DNA of 42,081 nt from a virus (Duplodnaviria; Caudoviricetes). The stretch covers positions 1-42,081 of IMG/VR virus record IMGVR_UViG_3300046786_000240. One strand, written 5' to 3'. A program made the position numbers and the translations under genes. Shown in pieces: positions 8,722 through 16,144 of this stretch. Each line of letters begins with the position of its first letter. The first letter of the stretch is position 1. Under the pieces are notes generated by a model. That model worked only from the letters and a program-made list of their open reading frames with translations. It ran no database searches and was not told the DNA's origin.

Positions 8722-9053
8722 GCCACCCCATCACACCACCGCCGTCAGAACTGGTTGAGCAGTGGAGAAGGTCTGGCCCTGCGGAAGCTGCCGTCAACAA
8801 TGCCTACGAGCGCCACATTGCCACCCGCGCCGCCCAATGGGGCGCAGATCATGAGCTGGAGGCGTGTTGTGAGTGGCTGATACTGAATGGTTACGGAGCA
8901 GCCACCAGCAGACTCCGCACGGCCCGCCGCCCCAAGCCGCCGAGCTTGAAGGAGCTGGCGCTTGACGATTTGCGCATTGCTTTTGATAGGGGCTGTTTAA
9001 GCGGAATACAGGCTGACACCATCCGCCGCGCACTGGAGCAGCTCGATGACTGA
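8718..9053 (+). CDS. Hypothetical protein (cyanophage-style HPITPPP..RPKPPSLKE family)
   Basis: Coupled ORF; motif recalled from cyanophage ORFs. Confidence 0.65.
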   Translation: MSHPITPPPSELVEQWRRSGPAEAAVNNAYERHIATRAAQWGADHELEACCEWLILNGYGAATSRLRTARRPKPPSLKELALDDLRIAFDRGCLSGIQADTIRRALEQLDD

Positions 9054-9207
9054 ACGCCGCTTCTACTTCCAGATCCGCAGCGCCAATGTGATCGAGTGCA
9101 TCACGGCGCAGACGTTCACCGAAGCAGTCGGCATCGCTGCCGATAGCTGGCTGCCGTGGTGGCACGAGATCGAATGGCTCAACCCTGAAACCGAAACCCA
9201 TGTCTGA
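9046..9207 (+). CDS. Hypothetical protein
   Basis: MTERRFYFQIRSANVIECI.., 53 aa, overlaps both neighbours. Confidence 0.6.
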   Translation: MTERRFYFQIRSANVIECITAQTFTEAVGIAADSWLPWWHEIEWLNPETETHV

Positions 9208-9436
9208 GATTGTTGGCGCCATGCTGCCTTGGCAATGGCGTGAGGATGAGTCCACCAGCAAGCACGGCGACGGTATCAGCCGGCCGCGGCCGAAGGCGCG
9301 CACGCGCGAGTTTCGGCTGATCATCTACCCACAAGGCGCACGGCCGATGACGTGGATCACGCAGGCTGAGAGCAAGCGCCACGCCATCCGCTACGCCGAG
9401 GCCCGCTGGCCTGGTGCCACGGTGGAGGTGGCGTGA
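9200..9436 (+). CDS. Hypothetical protein
   Basis: Coupled ORF in the small-gene cluster. Confidence 0.6.
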   Translation: MSEIVGAMLPWQWREDESTSKHGDGISRPRPKARTREFRLIIYPQGARPMTWITQAESKRHAIRYAEARWPGATVEVA

Positions 9437-9630
9437 TGGACACGCGCCAACGCCTCGAGCAGCTGCTCACCGATAGCGGCACATACCAGCAAGGCAGACA
9501 AGATGAGCGGGACCGCATTGTTCAGCTGATCGATATCAGAATCGACGAGCTGAGCAGCGTGCCAGGCATCCGCAACCGCCAGCAGCTCTGCGCTGAGCTG
9601 CTGCACATCCGCCAACACCTTGAACAATGA
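9436..9630 (+). CDS. Hypothetical protein
   Basis: GGAGG RBS; TGATG coupling. Confidence 0.6.
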   Translation: MDTRQRLEQLLTDSGTYQQGRQDERDRIVQLIDIRIDELSSVPGIRNRQQLCAELLHIRQHLEQ

Positions 9631-9917
9631 AGTCACACCAGCTGGACCAGCAGCGCGCCGACATGATGGAAGCCCTCTACGAACGGAGTGGCCGCGATCA
9701 GCTGCCCTACGGCCATCCACTGCGCAGCACCTATACCGGGCTGTGGGAGGAGTTTGCGCTTGATCTTGCCGCCAACTTCCGCGACACCGACTACCCCGAG
9801 ATGCTCGCCCGCGTGGTGCGCGCCATGGATGCCACGGAGTCCGTGTTCAGCCAGAAGCAGGCGCAGCAGGCGATCGAGGTGTGCCGCCAGCAGCTGCTCG
9901 GAGACAAGTGGCGATGA
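9627..9917 (+). CDS. Hypothetical protein
   Basis: ATGA overlaps on both sides. Confidence 0.65.
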   Translation: MKSHQLDQQRADMMEALYERSGRDQLPYGHPLRSTYTGLWEEFALDLAANFRDTDYPEMLARVVRAMDATESVFSQKQAQQAIEVCRQQLLGDKWR

Positions 9918-10537
9918 GCGTTGAGCTGATCCACTGCACGCCTGATGCTGAGGCGTTGATCGTGAAGATGGCCAGGGTGAGCAACCCGGCCAATGCCGAC
10001 AATCAGGCCACAGCACCACGGCTGCTGCGGTATCTGATCCGGCACCGGCACTGGTCGCCATTTGAGATGGCCAGCCTGTGCCTGAAGATCGAAACCGAGC
10101 GCGATATAGCGGCACAGATCCTGCGGCATCGGTCGTTCAGCTTCCAGGAGTTTTCGACCCGCTACGCCGTCACCGGCAGGGCGCAGGCGCCACGCTTGCG
10201 CCGGCAAGACACGGAGAACCGGCAGAACAGCTTCGACGATCTGGACACGACAGCGCAGCAGGCATGGGGCAACCTGCTGAGCGATCACCTCACGCGATCC
10301 CATGCGCTCTACCAGCAGCTGCTGGAGCAGGGCATCGCCAAGGAGACTGCTCGCCGGATCCTGCCGCTCTGCACCCCCACCACGCTCTACATGATGGGCT
10401 CGCTGCGCTCGTGGCTGCACTACATCGATGTGCGGACGGATCCGGCAACGCAGCTGGAGCACCGCGAGATTGCGCTGGCCGCGCGCCAGATCTTCACCGA
10501 GCAGTTCCCCACCATCGCGGAGGCCGCCTTTCCATGA
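9914..10537 (+). CDS. thyX: Flavin-dependent thymidylate synthase
   Basis: HWSPFE, RHRSFSFQEFSTRY signature, KETARRILP, TQLEHRE. Confidence 0.95.
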   Translation: MSVELIHCTPDAEALIVKMARVSNPANADNQATAPRLLRYLIRHRHWSPFEMASLCLKIETERDIAAQILRHRSFSFQEFSTRYAVTGRAQAPRLRRQDTENRQNSFDDLDTTAQQAWGNLLSDHLTRSHALYQQLLEQGIAKETARRILPLCTPTTLYMMGSLRSWLHYIDVRTDPATQLEHREIALAARQIFTEQFPTIAEAAFP

Positions 10538-10755
10538 CTGATCAGATCAACCCGGATCACTACCGCTACGGCCCGGCTGAAGCGATCGACGTGATCGAGG
10601 CTGCCATCGCCCGCGCACCTGATCCGGTGCTCGGCAACTGCCAGGGGCATGTCCTCCGCTACATCCTGAGGATGTGGGACAAGGGCGATCCTGCCGTGAA
10701 CGCTGCGAAGGCGAGGTGGTATCTGAACCGCCTGCTCGGCAAACTGGAGGGATGA
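10534..10755 (+). CDS. DUF3310 / T7 gp1.7-like nucleotide kinase
   Basis: INPDHY..EAIDVI..GHVLRY..R..KG..KARWYL pattern. Confidence 0.75.
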   Translation: MTDQINPDHYRYGPAEAIDVIEAAIARAPDPVLGNCQGHVLRYILRMWDKGDPAVNAAKARWYLNRLLGKLEG

Positions 10756-10985
10756 TGCGCTACCTCCCCGGTCTCAGCCTCCTTGAGCGCCTTGCGCTGT
10801 GGGTGCTGGTGCGCAGCCCCCGCACCAGTCTGGTGGTGGTGAAGGAGATGTTCTGGCCGACCGTGTTCACGGCCGCCAATCCAGCGGACCCGGTGGCGGC
10901 ACACGTCACCGGCGGCCAGTCAGAGCCGGCCTCAATGCTGCTCGAGCGCATCTTCCACCTGCCGAGTTACGGCGAAGAAGAATGA
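10752..10985 (+). CDS. Hypothetical protein
   Basis: GGAGG RBS; coupled ORF. Confidence 0.6.
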   Translation: MMRYLPGLSLLERLALWVLVRSPRTSLVVVKEMFWPTVFTAANPADPVAAHVTGGQSEPASMLLERIFHLPSYGEEE

Positions 10986-11305
10986 TCAGCCTGCACGCCG
11001 GCCGTCTGCTGCTGGTGTGCAGCCGCTCCGATCGAAACTGGCACGCGCGCATCGTGCTGGGTCCAAAGCCCGAGCTGCAGATCGAGGCCGATACCGGCAC
11101 GGTGCAGCTGCAGGCAGCGCTGTTGCGGGCGCAGTCGATCTACCGCGCAGCGGTCACCAACCTGCGGCCAGCCGGGGCGGCGCCAATGTGTTGGGACTGC
11201 AAATTCTGGGAGATGCGTCACCAGCGCTGCGGGTTTGAGTTGCCAGAATCGAAGAGAAGCGGCGGCCGTTTCGCGGCCAGGTGTGATCTCTATGTTCGGA
11301 CCTGA
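10982..11305 (+). CDS. Hypothetical protein with C-terminal Cys cluster
   Basis: CWDC..C..C; ATGA coupling. Confidence 0.6.
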   Translation: MISLHAGRLLLVCSRSDRNWHARIVLGPKPELQIEADTGTVQLQAALLRAQSIYRAAVTNLRPAGAAPMCWDCKFWEMRHQRCGFELPESKRSGGRFAARCDLYVRT

Positions 11306-11462
11306 GGTGATCAGCCGCACCGAACGCGATGGCGGCAGCATTGAGACGCTGATGCCGATCAACGGCGAGATCTACTACCGCAGCTGCGTTGGTGGCATCT
11401 GCCGCTACAGCTCCGACCTATGGCAGGCCGAGCTGTATCTCGACCACCTGCTAGGCCGCTGA
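11292..11462 (+). CDS. Hypothetical protein
   Basis: MFGPEVISRTERDGG..YYRSCVGGICRYSSDLWQA. Confidence 0.6.
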   Translation: MFGPEVISRTERDGGSIETLMPINGEIYYRSCVGGICRYSSDLWQAELYLDHLLGR

Positions 11463-11548
11463 TGCTCCGCGACGTGCTGATCCTGATCGTTGAATACTGG
11501 CTGACCTGCTGGATCGCGCTGTGGGTCTGCAGCAGGATCCTGCCGTAG
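11462..11548 (+). CDS. 28 aa hydrophobic peptide
   Basis: MLRDVLILIVEYWLTCWIALWVCSRILP; TGATG coupling. Confidence 0.45.
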   Translation: MLRDVLILIVEYWLTCWIALWVCSRILP

Positions 11549-11596
11549 CCTGAGCAGGTTCCCGCTCTGCCTCGGCATCGGGCTGTGCAATGGGGT

Positions 11597-11679
11597 GCCC
11601 GGTAGCTGGTCCTCACGCGGTGCCAACCTCACCGCTGCCGGGCGCAGCGGACGCCTAGAAACCTTAAAAGGAACTAGGC
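11597..11679 (-). ncRNA. Candidate structured RNA (H-type pseudoknot plus hairpins)
   Basis: Minus strand GCGGUG/CACCGC stem whose loop GGUUGG pairs with downstream CCAGCU; several flanking helices. Confidence 0.4.
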
Positions 11680-11991
11680 AGCCAGATTAGCGCCATCTGC
11701 AAGCCACTGCGCGATCGCCCACTCACCGAGTGCGGACCAGAACGGCTGCTGGCGATACCAGCTGACCCACTCCTTGTGGCCCTTCTGGCTGTTGCACATC
11801 AGGCAGCAGGAGACGAGGTTCTGGCGCACGGTGAGGCCGCCGTGAACCTTGGGCACTACGTGGTCGAGGGTGGGGCTGCGGCCGAGCGGATCACCGCAGT
11901 AGGCGCAGCGGTAGTTCCAGGCGAGGTGGATCTGGTCGCGCGCTGATCGCCGGGTGACGAGGCGCGTCTCATCAATGTGGTGCTGATCCAC
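11674..11991 (-). CDS. Small zinc-binding HNH endonuclease
   Basis: CAYC..TLDHVVP..GG..NLVSCC..CN..KG. Confidence 0.88.
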   Translation of the reverse strand: MDQHHIDETRLVTRRSARDQIHLAWNYRCAYCGDPLGRSPTLDHVVPKVHGGLTVRQNLVSCCLMCNSQKGHKEWVSWYRQQPFWSALGEWAIAQWLADGANLAA

Positions 11992-12157
11992 AGAGGTCCG
12001 GCGGCAGGGGGACTGCAGTCACGTCGATCTCGATGATGTCCTCATCGGAGGGGATGAACTCGGCCAGCTGGGAGTAGATGTCAGCGGGCAGATCGTCGGG
12101 GTCCGAATCGGATCGGATGATCAGCTTGGCGGAGATCTCTAGGTAGAACGCCCGCAT
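11972..12157 (-). CDS. Small acidic hypothetical protein
   Basis: MRAFYLEISAKLIIRSDSDPDDLPADIY..SDEDIIEIDV; overlaps the HNH start. Confidence 0.6.
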   Translation of the reverse strand: MRAFYLEISAKLIIRSDSDPDDLPADIYSQLAEFIPSDEDIIEIDVTAVPLPPDLCGSAPH

Positions 12158-12203
12158 GGGCTGGCCGCCGCTGGTGCCACGGTAGCGACAGGAACAGTGA
12201 CAG

Positions 12204-12268
12204 GCAGTGTGACGGATTGTGAACGGACCGTGCGGGACAGGCATGGTGCCCCTTGGGCGGTGTATAGT
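12204..12268 (+). promoter_or_regulatory. Putative promoter (shared upstream motif, extended -10 TGTATAGT)
   Basis: GCAGTGTGACGGATTGT resembles the 8306 motif; TATAGT at 12263-12268. Confidence 0.45.
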
Positions 12269-12294
12269 TCACACATCGACAGCCAACCACTCCG

Positions 12295-12429
12295 ATGACC
12301 TACCAAGTGATCGACCGCCAAGACGGCACCGTTCTCGAAACCTGGCCGACCGAGAAGGAAGCTCAGCAAGCCTGCGCTGAAATCTGCGCTCGCTGGGGCG
12401 AAGGCGAGGCTTACGTTAAAACCGCCTGA
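12295..12429 (+). CDS. Small hypothetical protein
   Basis: MTYQVIDRQDGTVLETWPTEKEAQQAC.., downstream of a promoter, followed by hairpin 12439-12456. Confidence 0.6.
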   Translation: MTYQVIDRQDGTVLETWPTEKEAQQACAEICARWGEGEAYVKTA

Positions 12430-12468
12430 CCCCTGCCGGGCCGCTTTGGCGGCCCTACTCTCACCACC

Positions 12469-12660
12469 ATGCAATACATCCTCCGCATCGGCCCGTGGCA
12501 CGTCGGGCCGTTTCCGACCCACATCGGTGCGCAGCACTTCGCCGAGAGCCACGGCTGCGATGACTACACCCTCATCCCGGTCGATGATCCGGCTGAGGCA
12601 CCTGGTCGCATCCACCGGATGCGCATGGCACCGCTGCGGCATCCGATGCTGCGCGAATAG
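12469..12660 (+). CDS. Small hypothetical protein
   Basis: 63 aa ORF; stop codon lies inside an attP arm repeat. Confidence 0.6.
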   Translation: MQYILRIGPWHVGPFPTHIGAQHFAESHGCDDYTLIPVDDPAEAPGRIHRMRMAPLRHPMLRE

Positions 12661-12671
12661 TGCGCGAATGG
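12649..12671 (+). repeat. attP arm-type repeat, copy 1
   Basis: CTGCGCGAATAGTGCGCGAATGG identical to 12900-12922; tandem 11-mers. Confidence 0.85.
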
Positions 12672-12710
12672 CGCTCCGAGCTGCTCCGCCGCCTGCTGGC
12701 AGCCCTTGAC

Positions 12711-12723
12711 TAAGTGCTTGATT
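12711..12723 (+). promoter_or_regulatory. IHF binding consensus in attP
   Basis: TAAGTGCTTGATT matches YAANNNNTTGATW. Confidence 0.65.
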
Positions 12724-12736
12724 TCTCGGGAGATTT

Positions 12737-12781
12737 TGGTGCCCAGGGGCGGAATCGAACCACCGACACTGCGATTTTCAG
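12737..12781 (-). other. attP core: 3' part of tRNA-Phe(GAA), anticodon loop to CCA
   Basis: Minus strand CTGAAAATCGCAGTGTCGGTGGTTCGATTCCGCCCCTGGGCACCA with anticodon loop, T arm, acceptor strand and CCA; no 5' half; adjacent to integrase. Confidence 0.9.
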
Positions 12782-12899
12782 CCGACTTTGGAGGCCTCAC
12801 GGCGGTTCACGGAATCTCACTAAAGGTCCGATTCTGCGCTGCTTTTCCGGTTGACCTTCTCCCGCTGATACACGCAGAATCCCGGCCGTTCGCGCAAAT

Positions 12900-12922
12900 C
12901 TGCGCGAATAGTGCGCGAATGG
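12900..12922 (+). repeat. attP arm-type repeat, copy 2
   Basis: 23-bp identity to 12649-12671; extra inverted copy TTCGCGCA at about 12889-12896. Confidence 0.85.
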
Positions 12923-12930
12923 AGAGGGGC

Positions 12931-14031
12931 ATGGCGAAGGAGTGGCAGGCCGATCGGAAGGTGCCCGGCCTCGGGCTGATGGTGCTCGATTCCGGGGTGC
13001 GCACCTACTACGTGCGCTACAGGGAGCCGAGCGGCAAACAGCAGCACCACAAGATCGGACGGGCTGGCGTGATCAGCCTCACCACCGCCCGCGAGGAGGC
13101 GCTGAAGCTGCTCGGTGACGTTGCCCGCGGCATGGCGCCCACCACTGCGCGCCAGCAGCTCAGGCGCAGCCCCACCATGCAGCAGCTGTTCGAGCGGCTT
13201 GATGCCGAGCACTATCCGAAGCTCCGGCCGAACACCGCCACCGGCTACCGCGTCCTCTGGCGCCGCCACATCCTGCCGCGGCTCGGGAGCAGCAAGGCCG
13301 CGACAATCACCAGCGCCGATGTGATCGACCTGCTCGGCCAGCTGCCGCGCATCCAGGCGAACCGCACGCTGGCGGTGCTGCGCAAAGCCTTCAACCTGGC
13401 GGAGCTGTGGGGCATCAGGCCGCAGAACACCAACCCGTGCCACAAGGTCACCACGGGCAACAGCGAGCGCAAGCGGCGCCGCTACCTGACGCGCGAAGAG
13501 CTCCAGCGGCTGCTGGCTGCCTTAGATCGCTTCGGCATCACCCGCGTGCGGTGGCGGTTCGCGCAGCTGATCCGCCTGCTGCTGCTCACCGGCTGCCGCG
13601 TTTCAGAGATCAAGGATGCGCGCTGGGAATGGGTGCAGGGTGCTGTGCTGGTGGTGCCGGCCGATTGCCATAAGACGGGCGCCGATGGCAGCGATCGCCG
13701 CGTGCAGCTGCCCCCGCAGGCGCTGCAGGTGCTCGAGGAGCTGCACGCCAAATCGAACAGCGAGTGGATCATCCAGGGCGATGGCGATGGCCACCTGATC
13801 GGTTACCACCGGATGTGGGCGCAGCTGCTGGAGGCCGCCAAGATCGAGAACCTGCGCGTCCACGATCTCAGGCACAGCTTCGCCAGCCTTGGCCTGAGCG
13901 CCGGGCTGAGCCTGCCGCAGATCGGCGGCCTCCTCGGCCACGCCAGCCCGCAGACCACGCAGCGCTACGCGCACCTGATGGATGAGGCAGCAGCCGGCAT
14001 GGCTGCGAGGGTGGCGGCGCTGATCCGCTAG
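12931..14031 (+). CDS. int: Tyrosine integrase with P4-type arm-binding domain
   Basis: PGLGLMV..G.RTYYVRYR..IGR arm domain; TGCRVSE, HDLRH, LLGH, RYAH catalytic motifs; RBS before 12931. Confidence 0.95.
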   Translation: MAKEWQADRKVPGLGLMVLDSGVRTYYVRYREPSGKQQHHKIGRAGVISLTTAREEALKLLGDVARGMAPTTARQQLRRSPTMQQLFERLDAEHYPKLRPNTATGYRVLWRRHILPRLGSSKAATITSADVIDLLGQLPRIQANRTLAVLRKAFNLAELWGIRPQNTNPCHKVTTGNSERKRRRYLTREELQRLLAALDRFGITRVRWRFAQLIRLLLLTGCRVSEIKDARWEWVQGAVLVVPADCHKTGADGSDRRVQLPPQALQVLEELHAKSNSEWIIQGDGDGHLIGYHRMWAQLLEAAKIENLRVHDLRHSFASLGLSAGLSLPQIGGLLGHASPQTTQRYAHLMDEAAAGMAARVAALIR

Positions 14032-14543
14032 CCCTTGCTGGCGGTCACGGCCTCGTCGCCGTTGTAGCGGCCGGTGATCGCATAGCTGCGGCCGGGGATG
14101 CCGTCCATCTTGTGGAACACCATCTGGCCAATCTTCATGCCCGGCCAGATCGCCACCGGGTGCATCCGGCGTGCGTTGCTGAGCTCCAGCGTCAGGCGGC
14201 TGCCATGCCAGCCTGGATCGCACCAGCCGGCCAGCAGGTGCTCAAGGCCTTCGCGTGCGCGGCTGGACTTGAGAACGAACTGCGCCGCGATGAAGTCGGG
14301 CAGGTTGAAGATCTCGCGAGTCTCGGCGAGGCAGAACTCACCCGGCTGCAGCCAGTACGGATCGTCCGCCGTGTGGCCGCTGATGCCGTGGATCTGCAGG
14401 TCGCGGCTGTCGGCCACCTCGATCATGATCCGATCGCCCAGCAGCACATCGATGCTGGCCGGATTGACCAGATCAGGATCGAACGGCATCACCATCGCGT
14501 GCTTCTTGCAGAGATGGTGGATCTCGAAATCAGGCAGCGGCAC
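14028..14543 (-). CDS. dcd: dCTP deaminase
   Basis: NPASIDV, LQPGEFCLA, KSSRAREG, DPGWHG..TLEL, IGQMVF; GTG start. Confidence 0.9.
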   Translation of the reverse strand: MPLPDFEIHHLCKKHAMVMPFDPDLVNPASIDVLLGDRIMIEVADSRDLQIHGISGHTADDPYWLQPGEFCLAETREIFNLPDFIAAQFVLKSSRAREGLEHLLAGWCDPGWHGSRLTLELSNARRMHPVAIWPGMKIGQMVFHKMDGIPGRSYAITGRYNGDEAVTASKG

Positions 14544-14550
14544 AGGTTGC

Positions 14551-15633
14551 TCAGTAGTCCCAGCGCACCCTAGGTCCGCCCTTGCGGATGCCAAGGTGCA
14601 CAAACCCCTTCGGTGCGCCGTAGCCGAGCGAGTGCGGCCAGGTCTTGTCGCACCAGTCCTGCACGGCGTTGATGTTGGCGCCGTCGATGTAGAAGTCCAC
14701 CGCGCCCACGCCGATGCCGTCGTAGAGGTGCTCAGAGCTGCTGGCGCCACCCACCGAGCGGTTGACCGCTGGCGGCCGGTAGCCGGAGGTGATCACCACC
14801 GGCTTGCCACCGAACTGCGCGCGCACCTTCTCGAGGAACTGCGCCAGCTTCAGCGCTGTGTCGCACTGGTGCTGATGATCGAAGCGCCTTGCTTCCTGGC
14901 CTAGCGCAAACTCACCTGCTGTGATGTGCGGCGTGATCTTCTGGCTGAAAGGGCTCTCCGGCGTGAACATCGCGGAGATCGGCCCCGTGGTCTGCCGCTC
15001 GCGACCCCACAGGTCACCTTCTGCGATGCGGCGCCGCTTGAGGCCGGCCTCCACGTTGGTGCCGGGGTTGCGGTAGAGCAGCAGGGCATCGGGCACACCC
15101 GGCCAGTCCTTCTCGCGCAGGCGGCGGCTGATGGTCTCGAAACCCTTGGTGCCATAGAACGCCGAGCCGAGGTTGTAGGCGAAGGAGATCAGCGCGCACT
15201 TCTGCGCATCGGTCATCTCCACCCAGTAGGGGATGGCGGTGCGCAGCTTCTCGCCGATGCGATCCACCTCCTGCCGCAGCAGCAGGTCAGCCTCGATCGC
15301 GTTGATCTTGTCGCCTTTGCTGACGGCGCGCCCGTCGTTGTAGCGCGTTGTCCCGTAGCCGATCGTCCACGGTGCGCCGCCGCTCAGCGGGTCGGGATAG
15401 GCCTCGAGGTGGCAGCCCTCGAACTCCTTGATCAGCTTCAGCGCTGGCGCGAGGTCCGCCTGCTTGCCGTCTTGGCTCCATGTGTTGAACCATGCCCGAT
15501 CGCGGCGCATCGCTGCCGCGTAACCGTTCACGGCGAGATCCTGCTCGAGCTGCTGAATCGCGGCTGCCTGATGCGGCAGGCTCCGGTAGTAGCGGAACAG
15601 CTGCTCGATCGTGATCGGCGCGGCGTTGGCCAT
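14551..15633 (-). CDS. Endolysin: GH24 lysozyme + peptidase M15
   Basis: EFEG..AYPD..WTIGYGTT, GLKRRRIAE; ITSGYR..N..VGGA..SEH, AVDF, FVHLG. Confidence 0.9.
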   Translation of the reverse strand: MANAAPITIEQLFRYYRSLPHQAAAIQQLEQDLAVNGYAAAMRRDRAWFNTWSQDGKQADLAPALKLIKEFEGCHLEAYPDPLSGGAPWTIGYGTTRYNDGRAVSKGDKINAIEADLLLRQEVDRIGEKLRTAIPYWVEMTDAQKCALISFAYNLGSAFYGTKGFETISRRLREKDWPGVPDALLLYRNPGTNVEAGLKRRRIAEGDLWGRERQTTGPISAMFTPESPFSQKITPHITAGEFALGQEARRFDHQHQCDTALKLAQFLEKVRAQFGGKPVVITSGYRPPAVNRSVGGASSSEHLYDGIGVGAVDFYIDGANINAVQDWCDKTWPHSLGYGAPKGFVHLGIRKGGPRVRWDY

Positions 15634-15636
15634 GAT

Positions 15637-15789
15637 TCAGCCCTTGCGCTTTGGGAAGACCATCCGGGCCGCAGCGAGGATCAGCTGGATCCAGCTGTTT
15701 GATTTAAGCGGCGTCAGGGCGATGATCTCGCTGCCGGCCGCAACGACGATCGCGATCATCGCGATGGTTTCGGGGCTCATGGCATCCAT
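15637..15789 (-). CDS. Putative holin
   Basis: MDAMSPETIAMIAIVVAAGSEIIALTPLKSNSWIQLIL..KRKG; hydrophobic with basic tail, just before the endolysin. Confidence 0.6.
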   Translation of the reverse strand: MDAMSPETIAMIAIVVAAGSEIIALTPLKSNSWIQLILAAARMVFPKRKG

Positions 15790-15804
15790 GCTTGTCCCCT
15801 CAGG

Positions 15805-16038
15805 TTAGGGCTGCATTTCAAGGGCACGCACGCGCTTGTCGAGATCTGCCAGTTCGGCGCGCGCGTCGGTTTTGATCTCATCGACGGACTTGGCCATCTG
15901 CACCAGCGTGGCTTCGATCCGTGCGGACTGCACTTGCATCGAGATGAGGAGTGCCCCGATGGCGACCATACCGGCGGCCAGTGCAGCTGGGAGGGAGGCA
16001 GCGAACAGGCCGCTAACGGTCTTCGGTTCGTCCGCCAT
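15805..16038 (-). CDS. Membrane protein with coiled coil (lysis accessory candidate)
   Basis: One TM segment then heptad repeat; in the lysis cassette. Confidence 0.6.
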   Translation of the reverse strand: MADEPKTVSGLFAASLPAALAAGMVAIGALLISMQVQSARIEATLVQMAKSVDEIKTDARAELADLDKRVRALEMQP

Positions 16039-16144
16039 CGGGGTTCCGTCGCTCGATCGCATCGTAGCGAGCGGAAAGGTCAGGCCTCCTCGAGCTGATG
16101 GCAAGGGCAGGCCTGATCGTTGGCTTCGTTGCAGGTCTAGGCGA

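Noticed and set aside
12737-12781. Functional tRNA-Phe gene
   Set aside because: Only the 3' part is present; upstream bases cannot form the anticodon stem, D arm or acceptor 5' strand, so it is an att core
12649-12922. Mini CRISPR array from the 23-bp repeats
   Set aside because: Only two copies about 250 bp apart flanking an att core; they fit integrase arm sites and no cas genes are present
12706-12930. N-terminal extension of the integrase given in the ORF track
   Set aside because: It runs through attP; the RBS and domain start support ATG 12931
15778-15789. Holin/antiholin dual start (MDAM)
   Set aside because: The extension lacks the basic residue of lambda-type dual starts; evidence is too weak
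16034-16118. HDV-like ribozyme on the plus strand (CCUCCUCG loop, GCCAUC/GAUGGC)
   Set aside because: No GG directly after P1 and no C-x-A-A J4/2; a simple hairpin is more stable
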